Sequence record: DRR723986_1326
Length of the DNA stretch: 64,000 nucleotides
Strand: one strand, 5' to 3'
The notes under the pieces are model-generated. The model made no database searches. It saw nothing but the letters and a program-made list of their open reading frames with translations, and was not told the DNA's origin. A program made the position numbers and the translations under genes. Of this stretch, positions 47,443-58,400 are shown one piece after another; the stretch's first letter is position 1; every line of letters starts with the position of its first letter.

Positions 47443-50025
47443 ATGATCGACAAATGCTGGGAAACCGAAAGCGAATCATTCACCGGCGGACAAGTGGCCA
47501 CACAACCGCGCAGCTCCATTCCAACCAAGTCAGTGCCCAAACCCACGCAATCCTCGGCTGAAAAAATGAAGAAATCACTCCCGAACGCCTTCAGGGCAAT
47601 CGCCCCAGCTTGGCCTCTGAAGGACATGGTGGCTGTGAATCCGTTTACGGAGTTGGCTGATCGCAACCTATTCGAGCTCCATAGCGAGCTGCGAACTGTT
47701 CGCGACACTCAGCTCCTCATGCCGCTAAGCTACTACCAGGCTCAGTTTGATCACGGTGTTCTAACGAAGGCCAATATCTCACAAGCCTTAACAGAGTGTT
47801 CGAAGCAGTTTCCAAATCGTTTCGACGGTATTAGCTGGGAAGCCTTGGAGCTCACCCTTGCCGGTCAGCCGAAAGACGAAGAAGGAGATCGCCAGTTTTT
47901 GACAATCGCTGAAGTTGCCGACAAGGCTGCGGAGGCGCCGCACTGGGTTGCTTTGATCATCGACGATGTGTCAAAGTACTGCGCCGCATACTTCGACGCT
48001 GGGCAAGCGATATGGAACGCCGCGCGACCTTCCACCGAAGCTACCAACAACCTATACAGCTCGTGGAAGCAACTGGCGGAGATTGATCGCCGTCTGGAGG
48101 TCTACGGTCTGCCCGGTTTTAGGAAGTTTGTTTCTGATCTTCCCGATACACCTGAGGAAGCAATCGAGGTCCTAACGAAGGCCTGCGGAGTGCCCGAAGT
48201 AGCCACCGAAAAATTCTGGCAGGCGGAGCTCTTCAGCGTTGGTGGGTGGGCTTCGTACGCGAAGTACGTCGACCGGATCAACAAAATCGAGAACGTGGAG
48301 AATGGAGAGCTGGCGAGCCTGTTGGCAATCCGCCTAGCCTATGACTACGCACTGGTTCACCTTGGCGCGATCGAGTCCACGGCAATCGCTTGGTCTGCCA
48401 AACCGTCTCCGGATTCCGCTGACCACAGCGAAACGAAGATCTGCTACGTACTACAAACCGCTTTGGAAATCGCTTATCGATCCAAGATGCTCGACGGAGT
48501 GCTAGCCGCCCGTCCAAGTTTTCCGACCGGTACCGAGCAAGCGCCGGCGGAGTTCAATCTTGTATTTTGCATCGATGTGCGCAGCGAGATTATCCGTCGC
48601 CATCTGGAAAGCCAGTCCTCAGGACTCAATACATTCGGTTTTGCCGGATTTTTTGGAATCGCCGCTCAGCATCAATCCCCTGCATCGGCAGCAACGAACC
48701 AGTGCCCAGTTCTCCTGGACCCGGCCGTCGTCATTTCCGAATCAGGAGCGTCTGCCGACGAGCTTGGCAGGCAGCGTTCACGTGGCAAGTTCCTGCTGGA
48801 GGGCATCAAACGCCTCCAAGGAGCCGCCGTTTCTGGATTCGCATTTGTGGAATCCTGGGGCTTGAGCTACTTGCCCAGCATGATCTCGAGTGCGTTTCGG
48901 CCGAGTCTTCGGAAGGCAGGTTTAGCAGGCAAGACACCGACCAGCCAAACGACCAGTACTGGTTGCGATGTTCACCTGCAGGACCTGGAAAACAACAATC
49001 TGTCCGTTGAAGCGCAGGCCGACGTAGCCGCGAGCATCTTAAAGCACCTGGGCTTAACCAAGAACTTCGGAAAACTGTCGGTCTTCTGTGGTCATGGCAG
49101 TGCAACTGTCAACAATCCACTTCGTGCCGGACTCGACTGCGGCGCGTGCGGTGGCCACTCCGGTGAATCGAATGCGAAGATGGCAGCAACGCTACTGAAC
49201 TCGCCTGAGGTGCGTAAGATCCTGGCGACAAAGGGCTACTCGATCCCCGACGAAACGCACTTCATGGCCGCGGTGCACAACACCACGACCGACGAACTAA
49301 GATTCCTCGATACGGAGAAGGTTCCTGCAGCACTTGCAAGTGACCTGGCCGCGCTTCAAGCTCACTGCGATGCCGCGTCGGCACTTGCCAGAGCTGAGCG
49401 TGCAAAGAGATTCGTCGATTGCAGTGATGGTGAACAACTGCCTTTGAGAAGCACTGATTGGTCCGAAGTACGACCGGAATGGGGACTAGCAGGCAATGCG
49501 GCCTTTGTCGTCGCACCCCGATGGCGGACCAAACAACTCAAATTAGGCGGGCGTAGCTTCCTGCACTCCTACGAGTACGAGCAAGACGAGGGATTCGCAA
49601 CGCTTGAGCTGATTCTGACTGCGCCGATGGTGGTCACCAACTGGATCAACATGCAGTATTACGCCAGCGTCGTTGACAACAAGAACTATGGCTGCGGCAA
49701 CAAGGCAATACACAACGTCGTTGGTAAGATTGGCGTCCAGGAAGGCAATGGAGGGGATCTCCGCAACGGCCTTGCGCTGCAGTCCATCCATGACGGGGAA
49801 GGGCTACAGCACGAACCGCTTCGGTTGCAAGTGTTTGTCGAAGCACCTCGTGACGCAATCGCGGACATTCTGGGTCGACACGCGCATGTCGAAGACCTAG
49901 CCGCCAAGGGTTGGCTGCATTTGCATGCTATCGAATCGGGCGACTCGGAAACTTGCTACCGCTACTTGGGCAGCGGCCATTGGGATGAAATCCGCTCTCT
50001 CGAGCAAACTGCGTCGGCGAATTAG
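47443..50025 (+). CDS. dabA: DUF2309 DabA/MpsB, beta-carbonic anhydrase-like subunit
   Basis: IAPAWPL..VAVNPF; Zn ligands FCIDVRSE, GHGS, LDCGACGG; DWSEVRPEWGLA, WINMQYY, HEPLRL. Confidence 0.94.
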   Translation: MIDKCWETESESFTGGQVATQPRSSIPTKSVPKPTQSSAEKMKKSLPNAFRAIAPAWPLKDMVAVNPFTELADRNLFELHSELRTVRDTQLLMPLSYYQAQFDHGVLTKANISQALTECSKQFPNRFDGISWEALELTLAGQPKDEEGDRQFLTIAEVADKAAEAPHWVALIIDDVSKYCAAYFDAGQAIWNAARPSTEATNNLYSSWKQLAEIDRRLEVYGLPGFRKFVSDLPDTPEEAIEVLTKACGVPEVATEKFWQAELFSVGGWASYAKYVDRINKIENVENGELASLLAIRLAYDYALVHLGAIESTAIAWSAKPSPDSADHSETKICYVLQTALEIAYRSKMLDGVLAARPSFPTGTEQAPAEFNLVFCIDVRSEIIRRHLESQSSGLNTFGFAGFFGIAAQHQSPASAATNQCPVLLDPAVVISESGASADELGRQRSRGKFLLEGIKRLQGAAVSGFAFVESWGLSYLPSMISSAFRPSLRKAGLAGKTPTSQTTSTGCDVHLQDLENNNLSVEAQADVAASILKHLGLTKNFGKLSVFCGHGSATVNNPLRAGLDCGACGGHSGESNAKMAATLLNSPEVRKILATKGYSIPDETHFMAAVHNTTTDELRFLDTEKVPAALASDLAALQAHCDAASALARAERAKRFVDCSDGEQLPLRSTDWSEVRPEWGLAGNAAFVVAPRWRTKQLKLGGRSFLHSYEYEQDEGFATLELILTAPMVVTNWINMQYYASVVDNKNYGCGNKAIHNVVGKIGVQEGNGGDLRNGLALQSIHDGEGLQHEPLRLQVFVEAPRDAIADILGRHAHVEDLAAKGWLHLHAIESGDSETCYRYLGSGHWDEIRSLEQTASAN

Positions 50026-50475
50026 GCGCGGTAACTCGCTAGCAATTGACGACGCCGAATCCATCGGCGTCGATTTCTTCTAGTCCGCTGTAAGACAAGG
50101 ATGTCGCGAAACGCCGTATTGCGTATCGGCTGAATCTTGCGGCAAGCAGCAACGTCAAGTCTGGTGGCACCCGCCAGAGGTCGGCTGACCACTGGTTCGT
50201 GCTGCAACCGGCACAGGCATGGGAGCCGCCTGCGTCACGACCAATCCGAAAAATCGGCAAAGGCGGACGACCTTGCCGCGATGCTACGAAATTCACCGAG
50301 CTGTTTATTCACGCTTCGCCGGTAAGCATAAAGTAAGCTTTAGCCCCCAATTTTCATGGGGAAGCCCCACCCCCTCAACTGGGGCTAGCCGCATGATTGC
50401 ATCGTTGACAGCCAGGCGGGCTGCCAACACAAGTCCTTTGTAACCAACAACCTTTCGATGAAGAGTCTCTAGAAC

Positions 50476-52575
50476 GTGAGCAATTACGAATCGGAAGATC
50501 GACGTATTCTGGAAGCGCTGCGGCGTATCGGAATCTGTCTCGACATCACGGTCGATACCGCGGCACTGAACCTGGGCGACGTACGCGTCGACGAAGATGA
50601 CGACCGCCAAAGTCGCCTGTTGGTAGAAGGTGCGCGGCAAGCTGGCATCTACATGACACCTCAAGAGGATGTCACCAGCCAGGAAGTGTTGAGTTCACTC
50701 TCGGAAAGCTTCCCGGTTGTTATCTCACAAGAGGATGGCACCTACTGGGTCTTCGAACAACTCGTTGGCGGCAAAGTCGAAGCGAGTCGGATTACGACCC
50801 GCGTAGAAGTTCAACTGCTTACCGAATCCGACGTAGCCCGCGAACTGAGAACCGAACATCAAGCCTGGCTTTGCAAGCGGGAACTAGAGTGTTCTACGAT
50901 GAGCGCCACCGACGAGCATGGTGGGCACGACGATCATCATCACGATCATCCAAAACCACTCTCCCGATTCATCGCTCTGCTCAACCTCGACCGGCGCGAT
51001 ATCTGGGCTATCGTTGTGTTCGCCACAGTAGCTGGAGTCCTGGGACTCGCAACACCACTGGCGATTGAGTCGCTCGTGAACGTTGTGAGCTGGGGCACAT
51101 ACGTTCAACCGCTGCTTGTCTTGGGCTTGATGCTGCTGGCTTGCCTGGGCCTCGCTGGCATCCTGAAAGTTCTACAAACGGTCGTAGTCGAAATCATTCA
51201 GCGTCGACAACTCGTTCGCATTGTCGGTGACCTGGCGCATCGATTCCCACGAGCCTCGCAATCAGCCCTCAGCGGCATCTATCCTCGCGAGCTGGCGAAT
51301 CGCGTGTTTGACATCATGACGATTCAGAAGGCCAGCGCGGTGTTATTGATGGATGGTGTCTCAATCATCCTGACAACGATCATGGGCTTGCTCTTGCTTG
51401 CCTTCTATCACCCATTCCTGCTTGGATTCGATATCGCCCTGTTGTTGTGCATGCTCGGTTTTACATGGGCACTGGGGCGTGGTGGGATCCGGACAGCGAT
51501 TGCAGAATCGATCACCAAGTATCGCATTGCCCACTGGCTGCAAGACGTACTGTCAACACCGGCAGCGTTTAAGGTGAACGGAGGCGAAACGCTTGCCATC
51601 GAACGGGCCAACCGCCTAACAGCGGATTACATCAGTGCTCGACAAAAACAATTCCGTGTAGTTATTCGCCAAATTGCTTTTGCGATTGGTTTGCAAGTCG
51701 TCGCATCAACCGCACTCCTTGGGTTGGGTGGATGGTTGGTGATGAGTCAGGAACTTACGCTTGGCCAATTGGTTGCTAGTGAACTTGTTGTCACGGTTGT
51801 CGTAGGGGCATTTGCCAAGGCAGGTAAATCGCTCGAGAAATTCTACGACTTGATGGCTGGCATTGATAAAGTTGGGCACCTGCTCGATATTCCCGTCGAC
51901 CCGCGTTATGAGATCGGTGAGATTCCCGCGGAACCGGTTGACGTTCACTGGGAAACACTCAATTTCGCTTTTGCTAACACCGGCAGCTCATGCTCTGTGC
52001 CGTCGCACACGGTCGAAGCTGGCACAACACTGGCTATCATCGGAGGCGACCGCACGGGCAAGTCTCTGTTGATTCGTTCACTTGCTGGTTTGATCAAACC
52101 CAAGAACGGCATGGCTCAAATCGGTGGCTTCGACGCCCAGAGAGCATCTTTGGCTGGGTCTGGGCGACTGGTTGGTTTGGCAAACCGTGGGGAAATTTTC
52201 CACGCCACCATTGAAGAAAACATCGACGTTGGCCGCAGCTTTGTCGGTAACAACCGTGTCCGTGACGCTCTTGTCCAAGTCGGGCTATGGGACACGATTA
52301 TGCGACTTCCAAACGGTCTACAGACTGTTTTGCAAAGCAATGGATCTCCGCTATCGAGCACGCAGAAGGCGCAGCTCATCATCGCTAGAGCGATTGCCGG
52401 CGGGCCAAGTCTGCTGCTGATCGACAGTCTGCTGGACGACCTGACTCCGGAGGTTCGCGAGTCTTTGTGGAAAACACTCGCCTGCGACGACGCGCCTTGG
52501 ACCCTGATCTTGGTGACGAACCAGCGATCGATTGCCAACCTGTGTGATAACAAACTCGAACTTCAGGGAGCTTAA
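50476..52575 (+). CDS. Type I secretion-like ABC transporter (TMD plus degenerate NBD)
   Basis: C39-like N-terminal domain, His-rich linker, 6-TM ABC membrane domain (LTLGQLVASE), NBD GGDRTGKS / LSSTQ / LLLIDSLLD. Confidence 0.88.
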   Translation: MSNYESEDRRILEALRRIGICLDITVDTAALNLGDVRVDEDDDRQSRLLVEGARQAGIYMTPQEDVTSQEVLSSLSESFPVVISQEDGTYWVFEQLVGGKVEASRITTRVEVQLLTESDVARELRTEHQAWLCKRELECSTMSATDEHGGHDDHHHDHPKPLSRFIALLNLDRRDIWAIVVFATVAGVLGLATPLAIESLVNVVSWGTYVQPLLVLGLMLLACLGLAGILKVLQTVVVEIIQRRQLVRIVGDLAHRFPRASQSALSGIYPRELANRVFDIMTIQKASAVLLMDGVSIILTTIMGLLLLAFYHPFLLGFDIALLLCMLGFTWALGRGGIRTAIAESITKYRIAHWLQDVLSTPAAFKVNGGETLAIERANRLTADYISARQKQFRVVIRQIAFAIGLQVVASTALLGLGGWLVMSQELTLGQLVASELVVTVVVGAFAKAGKSLEKFYDLMAGIDKVGHLLDIPVDPRYEIGEIPAEPVDVHWETLNFAFANTGSSCSVPSHTVEAGTTLAIIGGDRTGKSLLIRSLAGLIKPKNGMAQIGGFDAQRASLAGSGRLVGLANRGEIFHATIEENIDVGRSFVGNNRVRDALVQVGLWDTIMRLPNGLQTVLQSNGSPLSSTQKAQLIIARAIAGGPSLLLIDSLLDDLTPEVRESLWKTLACDDAPWTLILVTNQRSIANLCDNKLELQGA

Positions 52576-52577
52576 AC

Positions 52578-53927
52578 ATGAGCAATCAACAAGAATTACT
52601 CTGTGCAGATTTCCCAGCTCTCCACTTGGTTCGCACGGGCCGCCGCGTTCGCCTGCTGGGCCGACTGACTTTGTACGCCTTGATCGCAACCATCATTTTG
52701 ATGGTTTTCGTTCCCTGGCGGCAAACGGCGCGAGGAACAGGAACAGTCGTGGCAACAGACCCACAACAACGCCCACAACCGGTGTTGTGCCCGGCCGAGG
52801 GTGTCATCGAGTGGACACGTGAAGACCTTCGCGAAGGGTCGTACGTCGAGAGAGGAGACTTGGTCGCTCGAATCGCGCCATTCGCAGAAGATACCATCGC
52901 GCAGCTACAACAGCAGATTGATACCGTGAAGCTAAAGAAGGAGGCGGCTGAGCTCGCACTCAAAGCGGCTGAGCTGGCACAGCAGGGTCAGAAGGAGGCA
53001 GGCCAGCGATTTAATGAGGCTCTGGACGATGAACTGGAGGCCGCGGAGAGCAAGCTGGAGCAAGTAAAGAACGATGTTCCGCAAATGCAGGCTGACTTGA
53101 ATGATAAAATCAACAAGTACAACAACGCTCTCAAGGTAACCCCGCTGACGGTTGCTCGCGAGGAGTTGTTCTCGATGAGGCAAGAAGTCGATGCGGCGCA
53201 GGTGAAACTGGAGAAAGCCAACAACGCCGTACTCCAAGCTAAGGCGGATTTGAGATCCAAGCAAGCCGACGTTCAAGGCAAGCGACTCGAGATCGAAATC
53301 AAGAACAATAAAGCTGACATTGACGTCAGAGAGAAGCAAGACAAGCTGAATTCGATCGTCAACGAGATGACAGAGTACCAAAACAAGAAGGATGGGTATC
53401 GACTCGACATCACTGCTCCGCGAAGCGGTTTTATTCAGCAATGGACCAGCGTCGTCGGTAGCGACATTGTGAAGAAGGGCGATGCGCTCTGCATCATCGT
53501 CCCTGAGACAACCGACCTGGCGGTGGAGATGCAGGTTACTGGCAACGACATGCCGCTTATTCACGAAGGCGATCGCGTCCGACTGCAATTCGAAGGCTGG
53601 CCTGCGGTCCAGTTCGTCGGCTGGCCAAGTGTGGCTGTAGGTACGTTTGGCGGTAAAGTCAACCGCGTCTTCCCAACTGATGATAGCAAGGGGAACTTTC
53701 GGGTAGTTGTTACGCCTGACAAGCACTTTGACGGAGAGAGCGATTGGCCGGATAGCCGATACCTTCGTCAAGGCGTGAGAGCAAACGGATGGGTGCTTCT
53801 TAGACAGGTTCCACTTGGATACGAAATATGGCGTCAGTTGAACGGATTCCCACCAGTCGTTTCAGACGAAGAGCCAGGAAAGGGCAAGGACGACAAGGGC
53901 TCGAAGGTCAAACTGCCAAAGGCCTAG
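52578..53927 (+). CDS. HlyD family membrane fusion protein
   Basis: N-terminal TM, VPWRQT, long coiled coil, ITAPRSG, VRLQFEGWPAVQFVGWP. Confidence 0.92.
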   Translation: MSNQQELLCADFPALHLVRTGRRVRLLGRLTLYALIATIILMVFVPWRQTARGTGTVVATDPQQRPQPVLCPAEGVIEWTREDLREGSYVERGDLVARIAPFAEDTIAQLQQQIDTVKLKKEAAELALKAAELAQQGQKEAGQRFNEALDDELEAAESKLEQVKNDVPQMQADLNDKINKYNNALKVTPLTVAREELFSMRQEVDAAQVKLEKANNAVLQAKADLRSKQADVQGKRLEIEIKNNKADIDVREKQDKLNSIVNEMTEYQNKKDGYRLDITAPRSGFIQQWTSVVGSDIVKKGDALCIIVPETTDLAVEMQVTGNDMPLIHEGDRVRLQFEGWPAVQFVGWPSVAVGTFGGKVNRVFPTDDSKGNFRVVVTPDKHFDGESDWPDSRYLRQGVRANGWVLLRQVPLGYEIWRQLNGFPPVVSDEEPGKGKDDKGSKVKLPKA

Positions 53928-53935
53928 AGAACCGC

Positions 53936-56056
53936 TTGCTTCGTAGAGGATTGCTAGCAAAGTGGTTGCGATCGAGCTCCCAATTTGTAGCTCCTCACCT
54001 GATTGGCGCTACGTTGCTGGTCGCTGGCTCAACCGGCTGTGCCCAATTGGACTCGTTCCGTAAACACAGGGTTACACCGAAAGAGACCACTCAACTTTCG
54101 GCCCCTGAGCCCAAGTCCTCGCGGAAATCATCCGTGCAGCAGGAGGAGCGTCTATCCAACGTTCCTGTTGTTCCAACCAGTTTCCACGCGCCAATCGATC
54201 CAGCGCAGAATCAAACGGGCCAAGCTACAGCCGCTCAGACGCCAAACGCGCAGCCAACGTTAACGCAAACGACAACCGCGCCCACGGTTGCGCCGCAGGG
54301 TCAGCAGTCAAGCCGAGTTGCCGCGCAGCCGGTTGGCTATGCAAGACCAGTTGCGCAAGAGGCACCCGCGACGCTGATCGAGGGACAGCCATCCCAGTTG
54401 CCAAATGTCATGCCACCAGAGATTCAGGTGGCCCCAGGATCACCGGCAGTGCGGTCTGATCAGGTCGCCGCTCCTCAAAACGGCCCACTCCCAGCGCCAG
54501 GCGCGAGCGAACCGCAGGCAGGCGGTGAACAAGGAACAGCCCCGGAGATGGGTGAAACAACCGGTTATGCGGGCGACTCTTTCCTCTCCCTCGCTGATGT
54601 CATTGCCAGTGTCTATCAAGCCTTTCCGATGATCAACGCGGCGAGGCAAGAGCGGCAAATCGCTGGCGGTCAACTCCAGCAAGCCTGGGGTGCGTACGAT
54701 ACGAAACTTCAAGGCTATACGCTCAACGAACCCCTGGGCTTTTACAGAAACTTTCGTCAGGGCCTTGGCGTAGCACGACAAACATGGTGGGGCGGTTATG
54801 TATCGGCCGGTTATCGCCTCGGTCGTGGTGATTTCCAACCTTGGTACAAAGAACGTGAGACCAATGAAGGCGGCGAGTTCAAAATAGCTTTTGCCCAACC
54901 GCTGCTCCGCGGAAGAGCGATCGATCCACAGCGAGTCGCAGTCTTCCAAGCTTCGTTGGCAACGCGTGCAGCGGATCCCATCGTACAGCAGGCAATTCTG
55001 GACACATCTCAAGAAGCTGCTACGACCTATTGGAAGTGGGTTGCTGCTGGCGCTACTCTCCAAGCGCAACGCGAGCTACTTGAACTTGCTACTACACGTG
55101 GCGACGGGCTGGAGGCAGACTATAAGGCCAATCGGATCCCAGTAGTCGACTTAGTTTACAACCGCAAACTGATCGCCGACCGAACGACCTCTCAACTCAA
55201 GGCGCTCCAGAAGTTTCGAGAGGCCTCCGCAAAACTGTCCCTCTTTCTTCGTGACGAAATGGGCAATCCGCTCAACGCTGATATTGATTGGGTTCCCCAA
55301 CACTTTCCTGAGATTCAATCCTATACACCCAGGGATTTCGCTAGCGACTTCTCCGATGCACTTCGACGCCGTCCAGAGCCGACGCTCCTACGTTTCGAAA
55401 TGCAACAAGTGCAACTGGAGCGGCAGCTAGCGCGGAATGACTTACTGCCAAATCTCGACCTCGTCGCAGAAACATCACAGGACACCGGTCTGAGAGCTTC
55501 CAGCTCGAATGACAAAGGGCAATTCGAAATCGTAGTTGGTTTGCAAGGAGAAGTGCCGCTACAACGGAACAAGGCACAAGGTAAGCAAATCGAAACGCTA
55601 GCAAAGATTCAGCAGATATCGAACAAAATCGAGTATACGGAGAATAAGATCGGAGCCGAACTACAGCGAGCTCGCGCCGCCTTAGATCTGGCCGAACAAA
55701 TCGTTGAGCAAGCGGAAGAGGGGCTACTGCAGTCTATCCGCGCCCTCTCTATCTACAACAAAGTGTTCGAAATCGGTGGCAAAGCCAACCTTATTCTCAT
55801 CAACATTCTTGAAACAGAAGTGAATGAGAGTGAGCTTAAGCTTGTCGAAGCCCAACAGAATTGGTTTATTGCTCTTGTCGACTTCCAGGCCGTGCTCGGG
55901 TTAAACCCACTGGACCAAGCGATGACGGTCTCGCAACTTCCAGAATCGCAGCGCGCTGGTCCAGGATTCCTGCCTGAACCTGAAATGGTTTCACCAGAAG
56001 AACTGGAGCGCGAAATGGAGCTTCTAGGAAACCCTAGTCTGCAACCACAACCGTAA
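53936..56056 (+). CDS. TolC family outer membrane channel (lipoprotein); start uncertain, ORF is open from 53828
   Basis: Lipobox-like STGC, P/Q-rich linker, AWGAYD, QPLLRGRAID, ARNDLLPNLD, VPLQRNKAQG. Confidence 0.88.
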   Translation: MLRRGLLAKWLRSSSQFVAPHLIGATLLVAGSTGCAQLDSFRKHRVTPKETTQLSAPEPKSSRKSSVQQEERLSNVPVVPTSFHAPIDPAQNQTGQATAAQTPNAQPTLTQTTTAPTVAPQGQQSSRVAAQPVGYARPVAQEAPATLIEGQPSQLPNVMPPEIQVAPGSPAVRSDQVAAPQNGPLPAPGASEPQAGGEQGTAPEMGETTGYAGDSFLSLADVIASVYQAFPMINAARQERQIAGGQLQQAWGAYDTKLQGYTLNEPLGFYRNFRQGLGVARQTWWGGYVSAGYRLGRGDFQPWYKERETNEGGEFKIAFAQPLLRGRAIDPQRVAVFQASLATRAADPIVQQAILDTSQEAATTYWKWVAAGATLQAQRELLELATTRGDGLEADYKANRIPVVDLVYNRKLIADRTTSQLKALQKFREASAKLSLFLRDEMGNPLNADIDWVPQHFPEIQSYTPRDFASDFSDALRRRPEPTLLRFEMQQVQLERQLARNDLLPNLDLVAETSQDTGLRASSSNDKGQFEIVVGLQGEVPLQRNKAQGKQIETLAKIQQISNKIEYTENKIGAELQRARAALDLAEQIVEQAEEGLLQSIRALSIYNKVFEIGGKANLILINILETEVNESELKLVEAQQNWFIALVDFQAVLGLNPLDQAMTVSQLPESQRAGPGFLPEPEMVSPEELEREMELLGNPSLQPQP

Positions 56057-56096
56057 GACTTCCCTCGCGCACAATCGAAACAGTTCGCGAACCCAC

Positions 56097-58400
56097 TCAC
56101 GGCAGCACCTGAGCGTCGTCGTCTCCCAGCACTCGCGAGAGCTGCTGCATGGTGCGATCGAGCTTTTGGTAAGCGTAGAACGATGCGATGAGTCCGACGC
56201 CGGTAATGACCACTCCGGTCAGAATCAGGTTCTCATGTGCCTGATCGCTTAGGACGATCAAGCCCAGTGCCGCCAACGGAATCATTGCCGCGGAAAGCAG
56301 GTACCAACGCATCTGTCGACGGATCGCAGCACAGCGACCACCGAATCCGGCGTCGTCCATCGTCGGTGCAATGACCGCAGGGTAGTACACGACGATCGCA
56401 AGAAGCGTCATCCCGAAATATGGGTAGATCCACGCCACGCCTCCACAAAGCACAAGGGAGACGAAGAAGTGGAACGCGTCATCAAGATCAAACTCTGAGT
56501 GCATTGTGGCAAACGAAGTCGCAAACACAACTCCGGAAACAGTCCATAGGATGCCACAGATTAGCGTGGCATAATTTCCGATCTGCCACAGTCGCCTCAG
56601 TTCATGCGTTGAGACTGCGTCGCCGGCGCGTGCTCGGCGGACGATCTTGACAATCGGCCAAGTAATCCACAAGAACAACAAGCCGCCCAGAGGGAACACG
56701 ATTGCGTTGACCAGATTTGCGACGTATCGGAAGTCTTCCTCAATCCCCTCAATTTGCAACGGAACCTGGCTGGCCTCCGAGGCGATCGCGGACGAACTCT
56801 TCACCGAGGATTGAAATGCGGGATCAATGTCCTTCATGCGTTGGTGATTGTAGTAGTAGTTGAAGACGCTGGCCGCCGTGTTGGGGCCGAAAATAAGCGC
56901 GGCAGCAACCAACAGCACCGGCAGACACAACAGCCAGCCCGCGAGACTGTTCTTTGCTGGCTGAAAGCACTCGGCCAGATCGGGGTAGAACGCGAGCTTC
57001 AGTCGTGCCGCAGCCTCTTTACCACTCCGCGGCCGCCGCTCAGGATCGACGTTCAAGAGGTCCCGAACAACCTTCTCGAGTGCTCGTTCAGTGGCCGTCT
57101 CAGCAGGGAACTCCGGCACGAACTCCTTTTCTCGAACATCACGTTGCAACTTAACAGCCTCAGTCCAACTAGCCGCCAACTCGGATAGCTGCCAGGGGCG
57201 TTTTCCTTGCCAGAGTTCCCACAGGACAATCCCCAACGCGTACAAATCGCTCCGACCGTCCAGTTGATCTGCGGAAAGGCTGTCCAGTGGGTCGGCAACC
57301 TGCAGTTGCTCGGGGGACATATACGCCAGAGAACCTCCAAAGTAGGCTGCCGCTCCAGCACGACCGCCCAGTCCACTGCAACTTACGTTGAAGTCGGCCA
57401 GTTTCGGAATCGCTTCACCAGACAACAGAATGTTCGCGGGCTTTACATCGCGATGCAAAACACCTTTCGTGTCGGCATAGCCCAGCCCCTCGGCCAATTG
57501 AATTCCGATCCAGCTAACGGCTTCGGCCCATGACATCTCTGCGATGGCAGCTCGTATTGCGGATTGCTCGGGCACTGACTGGTTTGCGGCAAGCAGACTG
57601 CGATCAATCGCCTCAAGCACGTGCTTGCCAGCCCACAACTTGCGAGGCAAAGCGCGAACATGCTTGATCGTGTCGGCAACTGTACCGCCGGGTAGATACT
57701 GCATGTACAGCAAGATGGTTGGCGGCTGATGAATCTCTCGTTGGTCAAAGACTCGCACCACATTCGGATGATCCAACTGCGAAAGTGCTTGCGGCTCCGA
57801 ACTTCCTCGCGAGGTAGCCTTTAGCGCAACGAGTCGCTGCATCGATTCTTGGCGAGCGAGATAGACCCGTGCAAAGGCGCCTTGCCCCAGTTGCTTAAGG
57901 ATATGGAAATCGTCGACTTGCTCACCAACAGGAAGTTCGGGAACTCGCGACGCAACTCCGGTAAACTCTTGTGTTTCGCCACCAGCAAGCCACTTTCCAA
58001 TCGTAGCAGCCAAGTCTGGAAAACGCTGTCGGTAGTCTTCCCAAGAAGGTCGCTGCCCGGCCGCGCGGCGCAGTTGCACTTCTTCCAGCACTAGATCGAA
58101 CGGCACCAACTCACTTGGAAGCAACTCAGCAACGGCTGGCCAGTAGAATTCCAGCGTTCTCGCTTGGCCGTGTTCGTGGGCTGTGGCCAAGTCGAACTTC
58201 ATCAGTTCAACGAGGATTAGTCGCGTTGATTCTGCCGACGCGGTGGGGATGAGTTCAATTAATTGTGTTGCCGAATCAACCGGAGATAGGCCACTCAGTT
58301 GATCCATGCACATTTCTAGGAGCGCAAACGACGCTTCGATAGTCTCGCCGTCGAAGTCTTGATCCTGATCTTGGTCCTGCTTACGGGGCTGTTCAGACAT
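56097..58400 (-). CDS. Membrane Ser/Thr protein kinase
   Basis: GQGAFARV, VALK, HRDVKPAN, DFN, SPE; N-terminal EDYRQRFP planctomycete motif; about 6 C-terminal TMs. Confidence 0.92.
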   Translation of the reverse strand: MSEQPRKQDQDQDQDFDGETIEASFALLEMCMDQLSGLSPVDSATQLIELIPTASAESTRLILVELMKFDLATAHEHGQARTLEFYWPAVAELLPSELVPFDLVLEEVQLRRAAGQRPSWEDYRQRFPDLAATIGKWLAGGETQEFTGVASRVPELPVGEQVDDFHILKQLGQGAFARVYLARQESMQRLVALKATSRGSSEPQALSQLDHPNVVRVFDQREIHQPPTILLYMQYLPGGTVADTIKHVRALPRKLWAGKHVLEAIDRSLLAANQSVPEQSAIRAAIAEMSWAEAVSWIGIQLAEGLGYADTKGVLHRDVKPANILLSGEAIPKLADFNVSCSGLGGRAGAAAYFGGSLAYMSPEQLQVADPLDSLSADQLDGRSDLYALGIVLWELWQGKRPWQLSELAASWTEAVKLQRDVREKEFVPEFPAETATERALEKVVRDLLNVDPERRPRSGKEAAARLKLAFYPDLAECFQPAKNSLAGWLLCLPVLLVAAALIFGPNTAASVFNYYYNHQRMKDIDPAFQSSVKSSSAIASEASQVPLQIEGIEEDFRYVANLVNAIVFPLGGLLFLWITWPIVKIVRRARAGDAVSTHELRRLWQIGNYATLICGILWTVSGVVFATSFATMHSEFDLDDAFHFFVSLVLCGGVAWIYPYFGMTLLAIVVYYPAVIAPTMDDAGFGGRCAAIRRQMRWYLLSAAMIPLAALGLIVLSDQAHENLILTGVVITGVGLIASFYAYQKLDRTMQQLSRVLGDDDAQVLP

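Noticed and set aside
52932-53771. 279-aa minus-strand ORF
   Set aside because: Antisense shadow of the HlyD coding sequence.
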